A stretch of 64,000 bases of DNA, taken from Candidatus Hydrogenedentota bacterium. GTDB taxonomy: Bacteria; Hydrogenedentota; Hydrogenedentia; Hydrogenedentales; JAEUWI01. The notes beneath the pieces were generated by a model that ran no database searches, was not told where the DNA came from, and saw only the letters and a program-made list of their open reading frames with translations. A program made the translations under genes and the position numbers. Shown here in pieces: positions 10,464 through 21,237 of the stretch (position 1 is the first letter of the stretch; each line of letters starts with the position of its first letter). Where the stretch lies: the NCBI GenBank assembly GCA_034669905.1, contig JAXMOL010000010.1, forward strand, positions 97,037 to 161,036. The letters are read 5' to 3'.

Positions 10464-13400
10464 CTATCCCAACACCGTCCGCGCTTCCTCCAACACCGCA
10501 TCGATCCGCTCCGCCGTGAAGGTCACCTCCACCGTCTCCTGGGCATCCACATAGACCAACACTCCCCGCTGGGGTGTCTTGCCCGTGAGTGCCCGGAGCG
10601 CCGCGCCGTAGAGCAGCAACTGCTTCTCATAACGGGCGGCCCCTTGCGGCTTCAGCTTACCCGTTTTGTAGTCCACCAGGGTGCCGTCCGCCAACACGAG
10701 GTCGATGGTGCCGTTGACGATGGTGTCGCCGATTCGCAGGCTGAAGGGCGCTTCCCGCTGGAGGCCGGTTTCCGTTGCCAGCCGCCCACCCAACTCGGAG
10801 GCCTGAAACCATTCGGCGATGGCGCGCAAGTCGGTGTTCAGCTCCTCCCGCGCCCCCAAGCCCAGACGCCCATCGCGGATGAGCCGGGAGATATCGGGCA
10901 AGTCCTCGCCCGCAAAATCCCACACCTCAAACATGCGGTGGACCAAGGTCCCCCGGTCCATGGCGAAACTACTGTCCCGCTCTACCCGGGGCTGGTCTTC
11001 GTCGGGCCGCTCGTCTCCGGCTCCTTCGTCGGTGCACAAAAACGTCAAGAGCCGCGACACGGAAATGGTCGGTGACGACGCCTCGGGAAGCTCCACGGGA
11101 GCGATACGACGGCGCACCGAGTCTATATCGCTGTCCGATTCCCCAAGGCGTTTGGGTGCCGCACCCCGCACTTCGGGTAGATTTCGGATGAGTTCCGCCT
11201 GCCAGTTTGCGCCGTCAAAAAGATGCCCATGGACCCCGGCGTCGAAGCCGTGAATTCCTTCAAAGGCGTGGAACCAGGAGCCCAGCGGCGCGTTCGCTTT
11301 ACCGCACAGATAGAGCATGTCGCGCGCGCGGGTCAGGGCCACATAGAGCACACGGGCAGACTCGGCCCCCTCTTCTTCCTTGATGCGACGCTTGATGAGC
11401 GTGCCCAGGGGCGTATCCATCCGATTCCCGTCATCCCCCGACAGGCGCAGGGACATCCCCAGTTGACGGTGAAGCTGAAGGGTATGCTCCTTCGATCCTT
11501 TGCTCGGTTGCGCCATATCGGGCAGGAAGACCACGGGAAACTCGAGGCCTTTCGACTTGTGAATCGTCATGAGGGTCACCGAGCCGGCACCGTCGGGCTG
11601 GAGTCCCGCTTCCCCCTCTCGAATCTGGTAGGTGTGTACTTCATCCAGGTAATTGACAAACTGACGCAACGACAGCGCGCCACGGCGGGCCTGCTCCCGC
11701 GCGAGGTTGGCGAGCTTCCGCACGTTGGACGCCTTCTGCAAGCCCAGGAACTGGCTCAACAGGATGGCTTCCAATCCCGTAATGTCCAGCAGGTGATCCA
11801 CCAACTCGGGCAGGGGGCCGGCCAGGCGGGCACGGAGCGCTTCATACACGTCGCGCGCCCGGGCCAACCGCTCGGGGTAATCCAGGCCCGTGGGTAGGGA
11901 ATCCCCCAGGGCCATTTCCGTCAACGTGCCCTGACGACACAGTCGGACGAGGTCATCGTCGGACAGGGCCACCACGGGTCCGCGCAGGTAGGCCAGCAGG
12001 GCCATTTCGTCCCAGGGGTCTGCCAGGACCTTGAGGATATTGATAACGTCGACGACTTCCTGCCGCTCGTAAAAGCCCGCACCCGCCACGACGGTATAGG
12101 GGATACCCGCCTTCCGCAAAGCTTCCTCGTAAAGACCCACATTGCTCGTCGAACGAAAGAGGAGGGCCACATCGCCATAGTCCGGCCGACGCATTTCGCC
12201 CGTGTGTTCATCGCACACCGTGGCGTCACTCTCCGGCGCACACAAGGCCGCGATCTGGGCGGCAATCTGGGCGGCTTCCCGCTGCCGATAGGCGTAGACG
12301 GGCCATTTCTTGGGGTTTTCCCCTTCCGGCGGGTCACTCAGGATGAAGCCCACCCGTGCTCCGCCCAGGCGTTCCCGGCCGATTTGCATGGGCTGATACT
12401 GCTCTACCGCGCACAACAGGTTGGACTGCTGGAAAAAGTCATTGACGAAACCCAGCACGTCGGGCAAGGATCGGAAATTGCTATCCAGACGCACCAACTC
12501 TTCCGACGCCGCGCGCTCGTTCTGAAAAATCTCGACTTCCGCGCCCCGGAAATAATAGATGGATTGCTTCGGGTCCCCCACGATAAACAACGCAGGTCCC
12601 TCCGCTTCGTCATGGAGTAATCGGGCAATCTCCAACTGCTGCCCGTCCGTATCCTGAAACTCATCCAGCAGGAGGAACTTGATGCCTTTGGCGGTCTGTT
12701 GCCTGATGGTATCTTTTTCACGCAACACCTTGAGGGCCAGGAGCACGAGATCGTCGAAGTCCAACAGACTCGCGGCCTCTTTACCTTGCTCATAGGCACT
12801 GTTGATGTGGCTGTCGAGTTGGAGTAAGTCACTGGTCAGTTGGGCAGATTCCGCCACCGCCCCCTCCGCACCGCCCGACAGGACGCCATCGAGGAGGGCG
12901 TCTTTGGCAAACTCGGTCACCTTCTTCTGCAGCGCCGCCAAATCATCGTAAATTTCGGGCGACGGCCACAGTTTCTTTTTCCCGTTTCCGAAGGGATTCT
13001 TCAGAAAGCCCCGAAGCGCCACTTCGGCCTCTTCCGCCGTCATGCCCGCTTGCATATCTTCAAAGGCCACCACCATGGCATGACGCCAGGCTTCCCTTCC
13101 TTCATCGGGATCATCACACAGGCCTTCATACGTCTTCAGGGCCTGCAGTAAGGTATTCACCCGGGCGTTTCGTCCCAACTCGTTCAAGTAGCGAGACTGC
13201 TCGGCCGCCACCTGGGCCTGCCAGGTGGCCTCCACCGCATCGGGCGTATCCATGCCGCCCCGACGTCGAATCCGGTCAACGACGCCACGGTTAAGCAAGA
13301 GGGATTTGCAGAGTCCCTGCAGTTCGCCCAGGGTGTGGGCCGAGGCCAACCGCACCATGGCCGGGTCGTTTTTCTCCAGCATCCGAATCATGACCGACTC

Positions 13401-13814
13401 GACGGCTTCCTGCAGCATGAGGGCATTTTCCGCATCCGAAAGGAGGCCAAAGTCGGGGTCAAGCCCGAGAAAGAGGGCATTCTCCCGAAGGAGCCGGGCG
13501 CAAAAAGCGTGGATGGTCGTGATGTGGGCCGTGTCCACCCGCCGCTCCCAATCGCGCCATACGCTGAACGCCGCAGGGTCATCGTGGGGGGCCATCTGGC
13601 GGAAGGCTTTCCGCAGGCGCTCTTTCATTTCCAGCGCTGCCTTCTCCGTAAAGGTGATGGCCACGATCTCTTCCAAGCGCGCCTGGCCCGTCTTCAAGAG
13701 ATAGACAATGCGGTCCACCAGGACCCGGGTTTTACCCGAACCGGCACCGGCATCCACACAAAGATAACGTGCCTGCGATTCAATCGCCTGTTGCTGCTGT
13801 GGGGTGTACTTCAT
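10464..13814 (-). CDS. addA: ATP-dependent helicase/nuclease subunit A (UvrD-type)
   Basis: AGAGSGKT, DEFQD, GDPKQSIYYFRGA, TIHKSKGLEF, YVALTRA; C-terminal nuclease GTID..VDYKTG; coupled to addB. Confidence 0.9.
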   Translation of the reverse strand: MKYTPQQQQAIESQARYLCVDAGAGSGKTRVLVDRIVYLLKTGQARLEEIVAITFTEKAALEMKERLRKAFRQMAPHDDPAAFSVWRDWERRVDTAHITTIHAFCARLLRENALFLGLDPDFGLLSDAENALMLQEAVESVMIRMLEKNDPAMVRLASAHTLGELQGLCKSLLLNRGVVDRIRRRGGMDTPDAVEATWQAQVAAEQSRYLNELGRNARVNTLLQALKTYEGLCDDPDEGREAWRHAMVVAFEDMQAGMTAEEAEVALRGFLKNPFGNGKKKLWPSPEIYDDLAALQKKVTEFAKDALLDGVLSGGAEGAVAESAQLTSDLLQLDSHINSAYEQGKEAASLLDFDDLVLLALKVLREKDTIRQQTAKGIKFLLLDEFQDTDGQQLEIARLLHDEAEGPALFIVGDPKQSIYYFRGAEVEIFQNERAASEELVRLDSNFRSLPDVLGFVNDFFQQSNLLCAVEQYQPMQIGRERLGGARVGFILSDPPEGENPKKWPVYAYRQREAAQIAAQIAALCAPESDATVCDEHTGEMRRPDYGDVALLFRSTSNVGLYEEALRKAGIPYTVVAGAGFYERQEVVDVINILKVLADPWDEMALLAYLRGPVVALSDDDLVRLCRQGTLTEMALGDSLPTGLDYPERLARARDVYEALRARLAGPLPELVDHLLDITGLEAILLSQFLGLQKASNVRKLANLAREQARRGALSLRQFVNYLDEVHTYQIREGEAGLQPDGAGSVTLMTIHKSKGLEFPVVFLPDMAQPSKGSKEHTLQLHRQLGMSLRLSGDDGNRMDTPLGTLIKRRIKEEEGAESARVLYVALTRARDMLYLCGKANAPLGSWFHAFEGIHGFDAGVHGHLFDGANWQAELIRNLPEVRGAAPKRLGESDSDIDSVRRRIAPVELPEASSPTISVSRLLTFLCTDEGAGDERPDEDQPRVERDSSFAMDRGTLVHRMFEVWDFAGEDLPDISRLIRDGRLGLGAREELNTDLRAIAEWFQASELGGRLATETGLQREAPFSLRIGDTIVNGTIDLVLADGTLVDYKTGKLKPQGAARYEKQLLLYGAALRALTGKTPQRGVLVYVDAQETVEVTFTAERIDAVLEEARTVLG

Positions 13815-16800
13815 GCCCCTTCCTCCCCGTCCGTTTCCGGAAGGCCCAGTTTTCGGGCGATCCGGGCATCTTCATGGCGGCAGGCCCGCACCTGGCCACA
13901 GCCAAAGCAGGTCTTACCCCCCCGTTCCGGCGGGAAATAACCCCGCCGTATACCGGCCACAGCCCGCGCGATGGCCTCGTGCATATTGCCGACGCGGTCA
14001 GGCCATTTGCCTTTCCCTGCCAGGCCCAGGGCTTCCCGGCGCTCCCTTTTGCCCACGGCAAGATAGCGGGCTTCCACGCATTCCGTATCGGGCAGCACAT
14101 GACGCTCCACGGCCTCGGCATAGACCGAAAGCTGAATCGACTGGCCGCCCGTTATCTCGCCCGCCGCGGGCACACTGCCCGACTTATAATCAATCAGCCG
14201 AACCCGGTCCCCATCCCGGTCAATGCGGTCAATTCTTCCAGTGAAACGCACGGGCCCCGCGCTACCCGTCATGACGAAGGGCGCAACCGTCGACGGGGCA
14301 TCCCCCTCCGCCGAAGCGCTCCGACCGAAGGCCACTTCGAACCAGGTCGGTTTCCAGGGCTGCTCCTCTTCCTGGGTGTGCTCCACACGGAGATAGCGTT
14401 GCAAACGCCGGAGGAGGTGCAGCTTCTCGGCCAACACCGCACCGCGTGGTGCGGCACATTCGTTCCAGTCATAGGCATCGAAGGCTGCCTCCACCAACTC
14501 GGCCATGCTTTCATCGGCCTTGCCCAGGCCGATGTCCCGGATGTGTAATCCCGCAAACTGTTGGTGGAAGGCCTCCAGCACATCGTGGAGCAGGCTCCCC
14601 CGAATCAGGGCCCCTACGGTACTATCGGGCGCGCCCCCCTCTTCGAGGTGGAGCACCCGATTTACGTAAAAGTTAAAGGGACAGGACAGCCAGGTCTCCA
14701 GCTGGTTCACGCTGAACTCGTGGGACTCCCCATAGGCGGAGGCAATGCTCTCGACCAGGTCGGGATCGGTCAGGACCCCATCAAAGGGTCCAAAGGGTTC
14801 ATCTGACTGGCGGGATGATTCCACGGACGCACCGACCACGCCCGGCGCGCACAACTCGGAGAAGGCCTCGACCAATTCCGGCGCACTGTAAAGGGCCCGA
14901 TTCATCACGTCCCGTTGGCAGGCCAATACGTCGGGCTCGGGCAGAAAACTATCCGCCTTGGGGTAAGGTTCCACCACCCCCAGAGACGGGGGAAACAGTT
15001 CGCGTACGTCAGTCAAGAAAGGGCTCGGGCTCGCTTCGCGGCCGGAGTCCTGCACCAGCTGCCAGGAGAGAAAGAGGCTTTCGTCGGCACTTTCCAGCAC
15101 GTGGCCGAAGAGCATACGCTGGCGGGCATGGTGTTCCTGGTTGCTTTCAATCGGAATATGGGCCTCGTTCAGGCGCTCCCGATCCCGCTCTGGATAAACG
15201 GCGTTTCCTGCGGGCGGTGCCGGGGCCTGGCCCTCGTTCAGTCCCCCCACATAGACATGGGCGAATCGCTCGTTACGCACCTGGCTGGCATCCAGACAGG
15301 CCACGCCCCCCGCCGCACCCGGCAGGCTGAAGGACAACTCGTCCAGCCCCTGGTTAAAGCGCGTCAGAAACTCGTCCCGTCCCATCGCCACCACATCACT
15401 GCCCGGCGCGTCGGCAAGCAATTCCAGGAGACTCCGTATACCCTCCCGCGCCGGGGGATCTTCTTCTTCCAGGTAGGCGTTGCGCTCCGCTGGCGCCAGT
15501 TTTTTCAGCAGACCATCCAATTTCACGGCATAGTCGTATTGGGTGGCCTCCTCAGGAAGTTCCTGCTGGATTGCAGACAGCGCCGCGATAGCCGAAAGCA
15601 GCCCATCCAACTCCGCCACGGCCTCCGGGTGCCGTTTCAGCAGGGCACGGGCATCCTCCCGTTCACCCCGCTCCACCTGCTTCTTGAGCCGTTCCAGCCG
15701 GTAGGCCCAATCTTTATACCCCTTGAGAATCTGGGCACGCTGGGCATAATAGGCCGCCGCTTCGGGCACGGGACCAATCACCGAAGCAAGATAGGGCCCC
15801 TGCAACGGTTCCAGAATTCCTTCGCGCTCCCAATCAGTCGTCGAAAAGAGATTCAGCAAGGTGCGGCCCAATCGACTTTCCGAGAGGGTACGCTGGGTCG
15901 CCAATTGGCACGGAATCCCAAAGGAGGAAAAGACGGAGCGCAGGGTGTCCGCCACCCGCGTCATGTTCCAATAGACCACGGCAATGTCCGTCGGCGACAC
16001 CCCCTCATCGACGATGCGCTTCTTGACCCGACGGGCGATGCTCTCCACTTCATGGACCCCATCACTACAGGGCACAATCGTCAGGTTGGCTCTCAGGTTC
16101 TCCGGCACGACCGGTTCTTCGCGCCAGAAAATGCGCTGGGCCGCGAAGTCCGACCACGATGCCATCGCAGGCGCTTCACATTCCACGACCTGGCAATCAA
16201 AGTGCTCCTGCAACTGACGGAGCGTATGGAGGGTGAGGGTATAGCGGTCCTGCCGATCGGGCGCCAACTCCACGTTCAACCCAATCTCCATCCGCTCCAC
16301 CTGATCGGACAAGGAGTGGAGCAAACGAAATTCCGAGGGCGTGAAGTCGTCAAAGCCATCCAGCAAGAGGGTATCAATCCCCTCCAACACCTTCGGGCAC
16401 CCCTGCCCCGCGAAATAGTCGGCATGCCAATAGAGCCCGGGCACGTCGTACAATCCCGCCTCTTGCATGGCCTCCTGGTACAGGGCATAGACGGCCGCCA
16501 CGCCCTCATCCAACGAGGCCGTGTACTCGGCCTGTTCCAGCCGCGTGGCAAACACATCGGGCTCGATGGCCGCCTGCTTGAGGTCGTTCACCACTGAGAC
16601 CAGGTGACGAATCAGGCCCGGTGTCTGGCGAATGCGCACGAGCGAGGTTTCGGGCAGTTCCACCGCCACTTCCCGGAGGCAATGCTCCATCAAGAGACGC
16701 TGCTGAAAGCCCGACTCGAAATTGGTGACCACAACCCCTTCGCGCGATACCAGGTCTTGGGCGAAATCCTTGAGCGAAAGCACCGGCGCGCCCCACGCAC

Positions 16801-16969
16801 CGGGACAGCCCTCGGCCGAAAAAAACTGTTCTCGTCGTCGTTTTGCCTGCCGCACCGAAGGCACCAGCAACAGGGCCGACCCCGCCGATTCCCGCAGCCG
16901 CTGGTCAATACGACCCGCCCGCGCACTGCCGTTGGGACCACACAAAACGGTGATAGATTTTCGCGCCAT
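13811..16969 (-). CDS. addB: ATP-dependent helicase/nuclease subunit B (PD-(D/E)xK nuclease, 4Fe-4S)
   Basis: Degenerate helicase body, SCPFNFY, GRIDRID, IDYKSG, CFGCGQVRAC Fe-S ligands; ATGA overlap with addA. Confidence 0.85.
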   Translation of the reverse strand: MARKSITVLCGPNGSARAGRIDQRLRESAGSALLLVPSVRQAKRRREQFFSAEGCPGAWGAPVLSLKDFAQDLVSREGVVVTNFESGFQQRLLMEHCLREVAVELPETSLVRIRQTPGLIRHLVSVVNDLKQAAIEPDVFATRLEQAEYTASLDEGVAAVYALYQEAMQEAGLYDVPGLYWHADYFAGQGCPKVLEGIDTLLLDGFDDFTPSEFRLLHSLSDQVERMEIGLNVELAPDRQDRYTLTLHTLRQLQEHFDCQVVECEAPAMASWSDFAAQRIFWREEPVVPENLRANLTIVPCSDGVHEVESIARRVKKRIVDEGVSPTDIAVVYWNMTRVADTLRSVFSSFGIPCQLATQRTLSESRLGRTLLNLFSTTDWEREGILEPLQGPYLASVIGPVPEAAAYYAQRAQILKGYKDWAYRLERLKKQVERGEREDARALLKRHPEAVAELDGLLSAIAALSAIQQELPEEATQYDYAVKLDGLLKKLAPAERNAYLEEEDPPAREGIRSLLELLADAPGSDVVAMGRDEFLTRFNQGLDELSFSLPGAAGGVACLDASQVRNERFAHVYVGGLNEGQAPAPPAGNAVYPERDRERLNEAHIPIESNQEHHARQRMLFGHVLESADESLFLSWQLVQDSGREASPSPFLTDVRELFPPSLGVVEPYPKADSFLPEPDVLACQRDVMNRALYSAPELVEAFSELCAPGVVGASVESSRQSDEPFGPFDGVLTDPDLVESIASAYGESHEFSVNQLETWLSCPFNFYVNRVLHLEEGGAPDSTVGALIRGSLLHDVLEAFHQQFAGLHIRDIGLGKADESMAELVEAAFDAYDWNECAAPRGAVLAEKLHLLRRLQRYLRVEHTQEEEQPWKPTWFEVAFGRSASAEGDAPSTVAPFVMTGSAGPVRFTGRIDRIDRDGDRVRLIDYKSGSVPAAGEITGGQSIQLSVYAEAVERHVLPDTECVEARYLAVGKRERREALGLAGKGKWPDRVGNMHEAIARAVAGIRRGYFPPERGGKTCFGCGQVRACRHEDARIARKLGLPETDGEEGA

Positions 16970-17292
16970 GATTTCTCCCTGCCGTCACGATTGGAATGGA
17001 CGCTATGGTACGCGGGAGCGCGCGGGTGACTCAACAGCAATCCCAAAGAATTCTTTTTTGTGGACAATGCGTATCGGGTAGACATCCAGGACGGACTCGT
17101 GACGTTTTGGACGGAGCGGGGGAAGAAGACCTACATCCTGAAACACGGGCCTCCAGCGTGATGCGTTTCGCCCCACATGGGAGGCACTTTGCCAAAATCT
17201 CCGGAAAATGGTAGGTTTATACTGCGAAGAAGGGGTGATTCAGTAGTGAGTCAGGCGCGGTATTACCACCGCATGACTGAGGAATTGCCAGA

Positions 17293-19281
17293 ATGATTGA
17301 CTTCTCATGCCAACACTGTGGGGCAGCGTTGCGAATGGACGATGGGTTTGCGGGCCGCGATGGGTGGTGCCGCGAATGCAAGCGAATGGTCATTGTACCG
17401 TCCGGCGGGACGATGATAAAGATTGAGGACCTGGCGCCCGGGGAAGCGATTTCCCGGCTGCAGCAGCTATTAAGCTATGCGGCGAGAAAGGCAGACCTAT
17501 ACAAACAATATCTTGCCGAGGAGCCGCAGCGAGAACAAGTTCGGGAAGGGCTCGAGACGACCGCCCGAACCTTGCAGACAACCCTCGACGAGCAGAGACA
17601 GCGCGTTGCGGAACTGGAATCTACGCTGGCCTCCCTACGGAGCGCACTTGAGGAAAAAGAAAGCCAACTCGAGGCCCTGACCGCAAGTCACGATGCCAAG
17701 CATTCCGAGGAGGTAGCGCAAGCGCGCCAGAAAGCTGCCGAATTGGAAGGGTTGCTGGACGCGGAGCGACAGCGTGGCACGGAGCTGGAAACAACGCTGG
17801 CGTCCCTGCGCACTTCGCTCGCGGAACAGGAAGCCAGCCTGGAAGCCCTGGCCGCAGGTCAGGAAACCGCGGATGCGGAGGCAATTTCGGAAGCGCGCCA
17901 GCGGGTGATCGCGTTGGAGGAAGCGCTTGCTGCGGAGCAACAACGGGTCGCTGCCCTGGAGGAAGGGGCTGAACAGCACGCCGCCGAACTTGAGACGCTT
18001 CGCACGACACTGGAACGGCATCGGGAGGCGGAAACCGAAGCAAGCACCCGTGCCGACGAACTTTCGGAAACGCTCGCGTCCATCCAAGAACAGCATCAAG
18101 AAAATATTACCCGGCTCGAAGCCGATCGCGACCAACTTCAGGCGGACCTTGCCTCCGCACGGGCAGCGCGCGAAGACGTCCAAGCGGAACTGACGGCCGC
18201 CCGGGAACGGCTCGACGAACTCGAAGTGACGTGCGACGTACTGCGGGAGGACACGACGGCGGCCCGGGGCGAAGTGGAACATTTCGAGACCGAATTGAAA
18301 TCGGTGCAACGCCGCCTGGAGGAAACCGTGGCCGCGCGGGACAGCCTTCAGCGACGTCTCGACGAGGCCCCCCGGGAAAGCCCGGTCCCTCTTACCACCA
18401 CCTCAGACGAAGCGGTGAACTCCGAAGCGGCTGAAGCGCCGGAAAACCAGGACACCGCGATTGATTTGACGCAACTCTATCGAGAAGCCGATTTGGAAAA
18501 TAGCGCAGACGCCCAATATCGCTTGGGCCTTCACTACACCCAGGGCCCTGAATTCAATCGCGATTTCGACGAGGCACTGCGCTGGATGACACGGGCCGCA
18601 GAGCAGGGACACGCGAAAGCCCAGTCCCATCTTGGCCGCATGTACGCGGAAGGATGCGGCGCTGAAAAAGACCTGGCGGCCAGTCTTCTCTGGTACCAGA
18701 AGGCCGCCGATCAGGGGGAGCCCGACGCCGCATACGCGCTCGGCGTGATGTGCCTGGAAGGGGCGGGGGCCGAACAGGACGAGACCGCCGCCGTAAATTG
18801 GTTTCGCCGTGCGGCGGAGCAGGCAGACCCCGGCGCACTGTTTCAGCTGGCCCAGTTGCTTGCAGATGAACAGCGCACCTGTGCTGATTCGGATGAAGCC
18901 ACCCGTTACCTGGAGCGCGCGGCGACCGCTGGACACGTTGAAGCGCAGTATGAATTGGGCAAACTGCTGCTGCTTGGAAACAAGGTGGCGCAGGATGACC
19001 GGAAAGCAGCGGATTTGTTCAGTCGCGCTGCGGACCAAGGGCATGCCGATGCCCAGACTGCCTTCGGGAGATGCCTGGAATATGGCCGGGGCATCGTTCA
19101 GCAGAATGCCCGGGCCTACGCCTGGTATAGCCTGGCCGCTCTTCAGTCGGAAGAGGCCCGCTCCGCCCGTGATAAAATCGCCCATTTGATGACGGCGGAT
19201 GAGGTGGCAGCAGGGCAGCGCCTTGGCAAAACGCTGAAGGAACGCCTCGGCACAGTCAGGGAAACCGTGGCTTCGCCGTAG
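17293..19281 (+). CDS. Zinc-ribbon / coiled-coil / Sel1-repeat protein
   Basis: N-terminal CQHC...CREC, ~300 aa coiled coil, ~6 Sel1 repeats (AQYRLG..Y..G, AAEQGHAKAQ); GAGGA RBS. Confidence 0.82.
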   Translation: MIDFSCQHCGAALRMDDGFAGRDGWCRECKRMVIVPSGGTMIKIEDLAPGEAISRLQQLLSYAARKADLYKQYLAEEPQREQVREGLETTARTLQTTLDEQRQRVAELESTLASLRSALEEKESQLEALTASHDAKHSEEVAQARQKAAELEGLLDAERQRGTELETTLASLRTSLAEQEASLEALAAGQETADAEAISEARQRVIALEEALAAEQQRVAALEEGAEQHAAELETLRTTLERHREAETEASTRADELSETLASIQEQHQENITRLEADRDQLQADLASARAAREDVQAELTAARERLDELEVTCDVLREDTTAARGEVEHFETELKSVQRRLEETVAARDSLQRRLDEAPRESPVPLTTTSDEAVNSEAAEAPENQDTAIDLTQLYREADLENSADAQYRLGLHYTQGPEFNRDFDEALRWMTRAAEQGHAKAQSHLGRMYAEGCGAEKDLAASLLWYQKAADQGEPDAAYALGVMCLEGAGAEQDETAAVNWFRRAAEQADPGALFQLAQLLADEQRTCADSDEATRYLERAATAGHVEAQYELGKLLLLGNKVAQDDRKAADLFSRAADQGHADAQTAFGRCLEYGRGIVQQNARAYAWYSLAALQSEEARSARDKIAHLMTADEVAAGQRLGKTLKERLGTVRETVASP

Positions 19282-19417
19282 ACACTGTTTTGGGGCAGGG
19301 CACTTGCCCTTGGCCACAACTAACCCTGCCCCGTTTCATCGAAGACATCGTAGAATCATCCCGCCAAACCAGGACGCACAACACCATTTCACGGCCACAT
19401 CCCCCCACACGGATACG

Positions 19418-19450
19418 GTCCACTTCGTCCACACGGTCCACCAAGTCCAC
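19418..19450. repeat. Four GTCCAC cores at exact 9-bp period
   Basis: gtccac at 19418, 19427, 19436, 19445 in a convergent intergenic region. Confidence 0.8.
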
Positions 19451-19533
19451 TGCTCCTGGGGCAAAAACCTGCCACCGGGAGATCCACGGTCTCTGCTCTT
19501 TTGTGCCCTCTGCGTTCTCTGTGGTTACCCCCC

Positions 19534-21237
19534 CTACTCCACTTCGCCCTCATAGACCTGCTCGTCGGTCTTTATCTCGTAGCGATAGCCCTGCTCCGTC
19601 AAAAACAGCTGGCGCTTCACCGAGAAATCCTGGTCGCTGGTGTCCCGGGAGACCAGCGAATAAAACCGGGCAATCACGTTCTCGTCACTCTTGGGACGCA
19701 GAATTCGGCCCAGTCGCTGGGCTTCTTCCTGGCGGCTGCCGAAGGTGCCGGACACCTGAATGGCGATGTTGGCGTCAGGCAGGTCGATGGCAAAGTTCGC
19801 CACTTTCGACACGATGAGCAGCTTAATCTCGCCCGTGCGGAAAGCCTTGTAGAGTTTTTCCCGCTCGCCGTTGGGCGTGCGGCCCGTGATGATGGGGGCT
19901 TCGAACTTCTTGGACAAATCCTTGAGCTGGTCGAGGTATTGACCGATGATAAGCACGTTGTCGTCTTTGTGGTGCTCGACGAGGTGCTTGCACATGTCGA
20001 TTTTCGCGGGGTTACACGACGCAATGCGGAACTTGGTCCGCTTGTTGGCGATGGCGTAGTTGTAGCGTTCGCTCTCGGGAAGGCGCATGCGAATCTCGGA
20101 GCAGATGGCCGTGGCAATCCAGCCCTGCTTTTCCAGGACTTTCCAGGGCACGTCATATTTTTTGGGACCGATAAGGCTGAATACATCATCTTCCCGGCCA
20201 TCTTCCCGAACGAGGGTGGCCGTCAACCCCAGGCGACGACGGGCCTGCAGGGACGCGGTGGCGCGAAAGACGGGCGCGGGCAGCAGGTGCACTTCATCGT
20301 AGATAATCAGGCCCCACTGGCCCTCTTCAAAGAGGCCGAAGTGCATGAAGGGGCCATCCTTCGTCTTGCGATAGGTTAACACCTGATAGGTCGCCAGGGT
20401 CACCGGCTTGATGATCTTGTTCTCACCGCTGTATTCGCCCAACTCCTCTTCCGTCAGGTGGGTCTTGTCGAGGATTTCGTTTTTCCACTGGCGCAGCGCC
20501 ACCGTGTTGGTGGTCAAAATCAGGGTGTGGGTCTTCACCGTCGCCAGCGCGCCAATGGCCACCACCGTCTTCCCCGCGCCGCAGGGCAAGACCACCACGC
20601 CGCTGCCCCCACGATTGGTACCGCCCGCATGGAAGGCATCCACCGACTCCTGTTGATACTTACGGAGTCCAAACTCCCGCCCCGAGATACATTGGTCACG
20701 GAGCTCCACCTTCAGCGGCGTACCTTCCGTGTAACCCGCGAGATCTTCCACGGGGAAGCCCAGCTTAATCAACGCGCACTTCACATTCCCCCGATCGCCG
20801 GGTTTCACAAAGATGCGCTTCATATCAGGGGAGCCGGTGACGTAAGGCTGGACCGACTTCTGATTGAGGATTTCCATGATGAGCATGGCGTCATCGGACT
20901 CAATCACGAGTTGATCCGTGTCCGGCTGCTTATAGAGTTTCAGGCGGCCGTAGCGGCCAATCTGCTCCTCCACTTCCGCGGTGATGTTCTGGGGAATCTC
21001 ATACTTGCTGTAGGTGGCCAGGTCCGTCAAGATTTCGTCGGCCGTCATGCCCGACGCCGCCGCATTCCATAACGAAAGGGGCGTAAGCTGATAGGTGTGG
21101 ATGTGCTCGGGCGATTTCACCAGCTCGGCGAAGGAAGCCAGGGCATCACGGGCGTCAGGAAAAGCCGGGCCGTCCGTTTCGAGCAAGATGGACCGGTCCG
21201 ATTGAACAATCACGGGTTTGTCGTTTGTCATAGCCAT
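19534..21237 (-). CDS. XPB/Rad25-like DNA repair helicase
   Basis: FAELVKSPEHIHTY, LPCGAGKT, DEVH box, LGLTAT, QRLGRILR. Confidence 0.93.
   Translation of the reverse strand: MAMTNDKPVIVQSDRSILLETDGPAFPDARDALASFAELVKSPEHIHTYQLTPLSLWNAAASGMTADEILTDLATYSKYEIPQNITAEVEEQIGRYGRLKLYKQPDTDQLVIESDDAMLIMEILNQKSVQPYVTGSPDMKRIFVKPGDRGNVKCALIKLGFPVEDLAGYTEGTPLKVELRDQCISGREFGLRKYQQESVDAFHAGGTNRGGSGVVVLPCGAGKTVVAIGALATVKTHTLILTTNTVALRQWKNEILDKTHLTEEELGEYSGENKIIKPVTLATYQVLTYRKTKDGPFMHFGLFEEGQWGLIIYDEVHLLPAPVFRATASLQARRRLGLTATLVREDGREDDVFSLIGPKKYDVPWKVLEKQGWIATAICSEIRMRLPESERYNYAIANKRTKFRIASCNPAKIDMCKHLVEHHKDDNVLIIGQYLDQLKDLSKKFEAPIITGRTPNGEREKLYKAFRTGEIKLLIVSKVANFAIDLPDANIAIQVSGTFGSRQEEAQRLGRILRPKSDENVIARFYSLVSRDTSDQDFSVKRQLFLTEQGYRYEIKTDEQVYEGEVE

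Noticed and set aside
14915..16597. Long antisense ORFs here and at 29358-30989, 41062-42750, 50325-51659, 60941-62431
   Set aside because: Typical high-GC antisense open frames opposite well-supported genes
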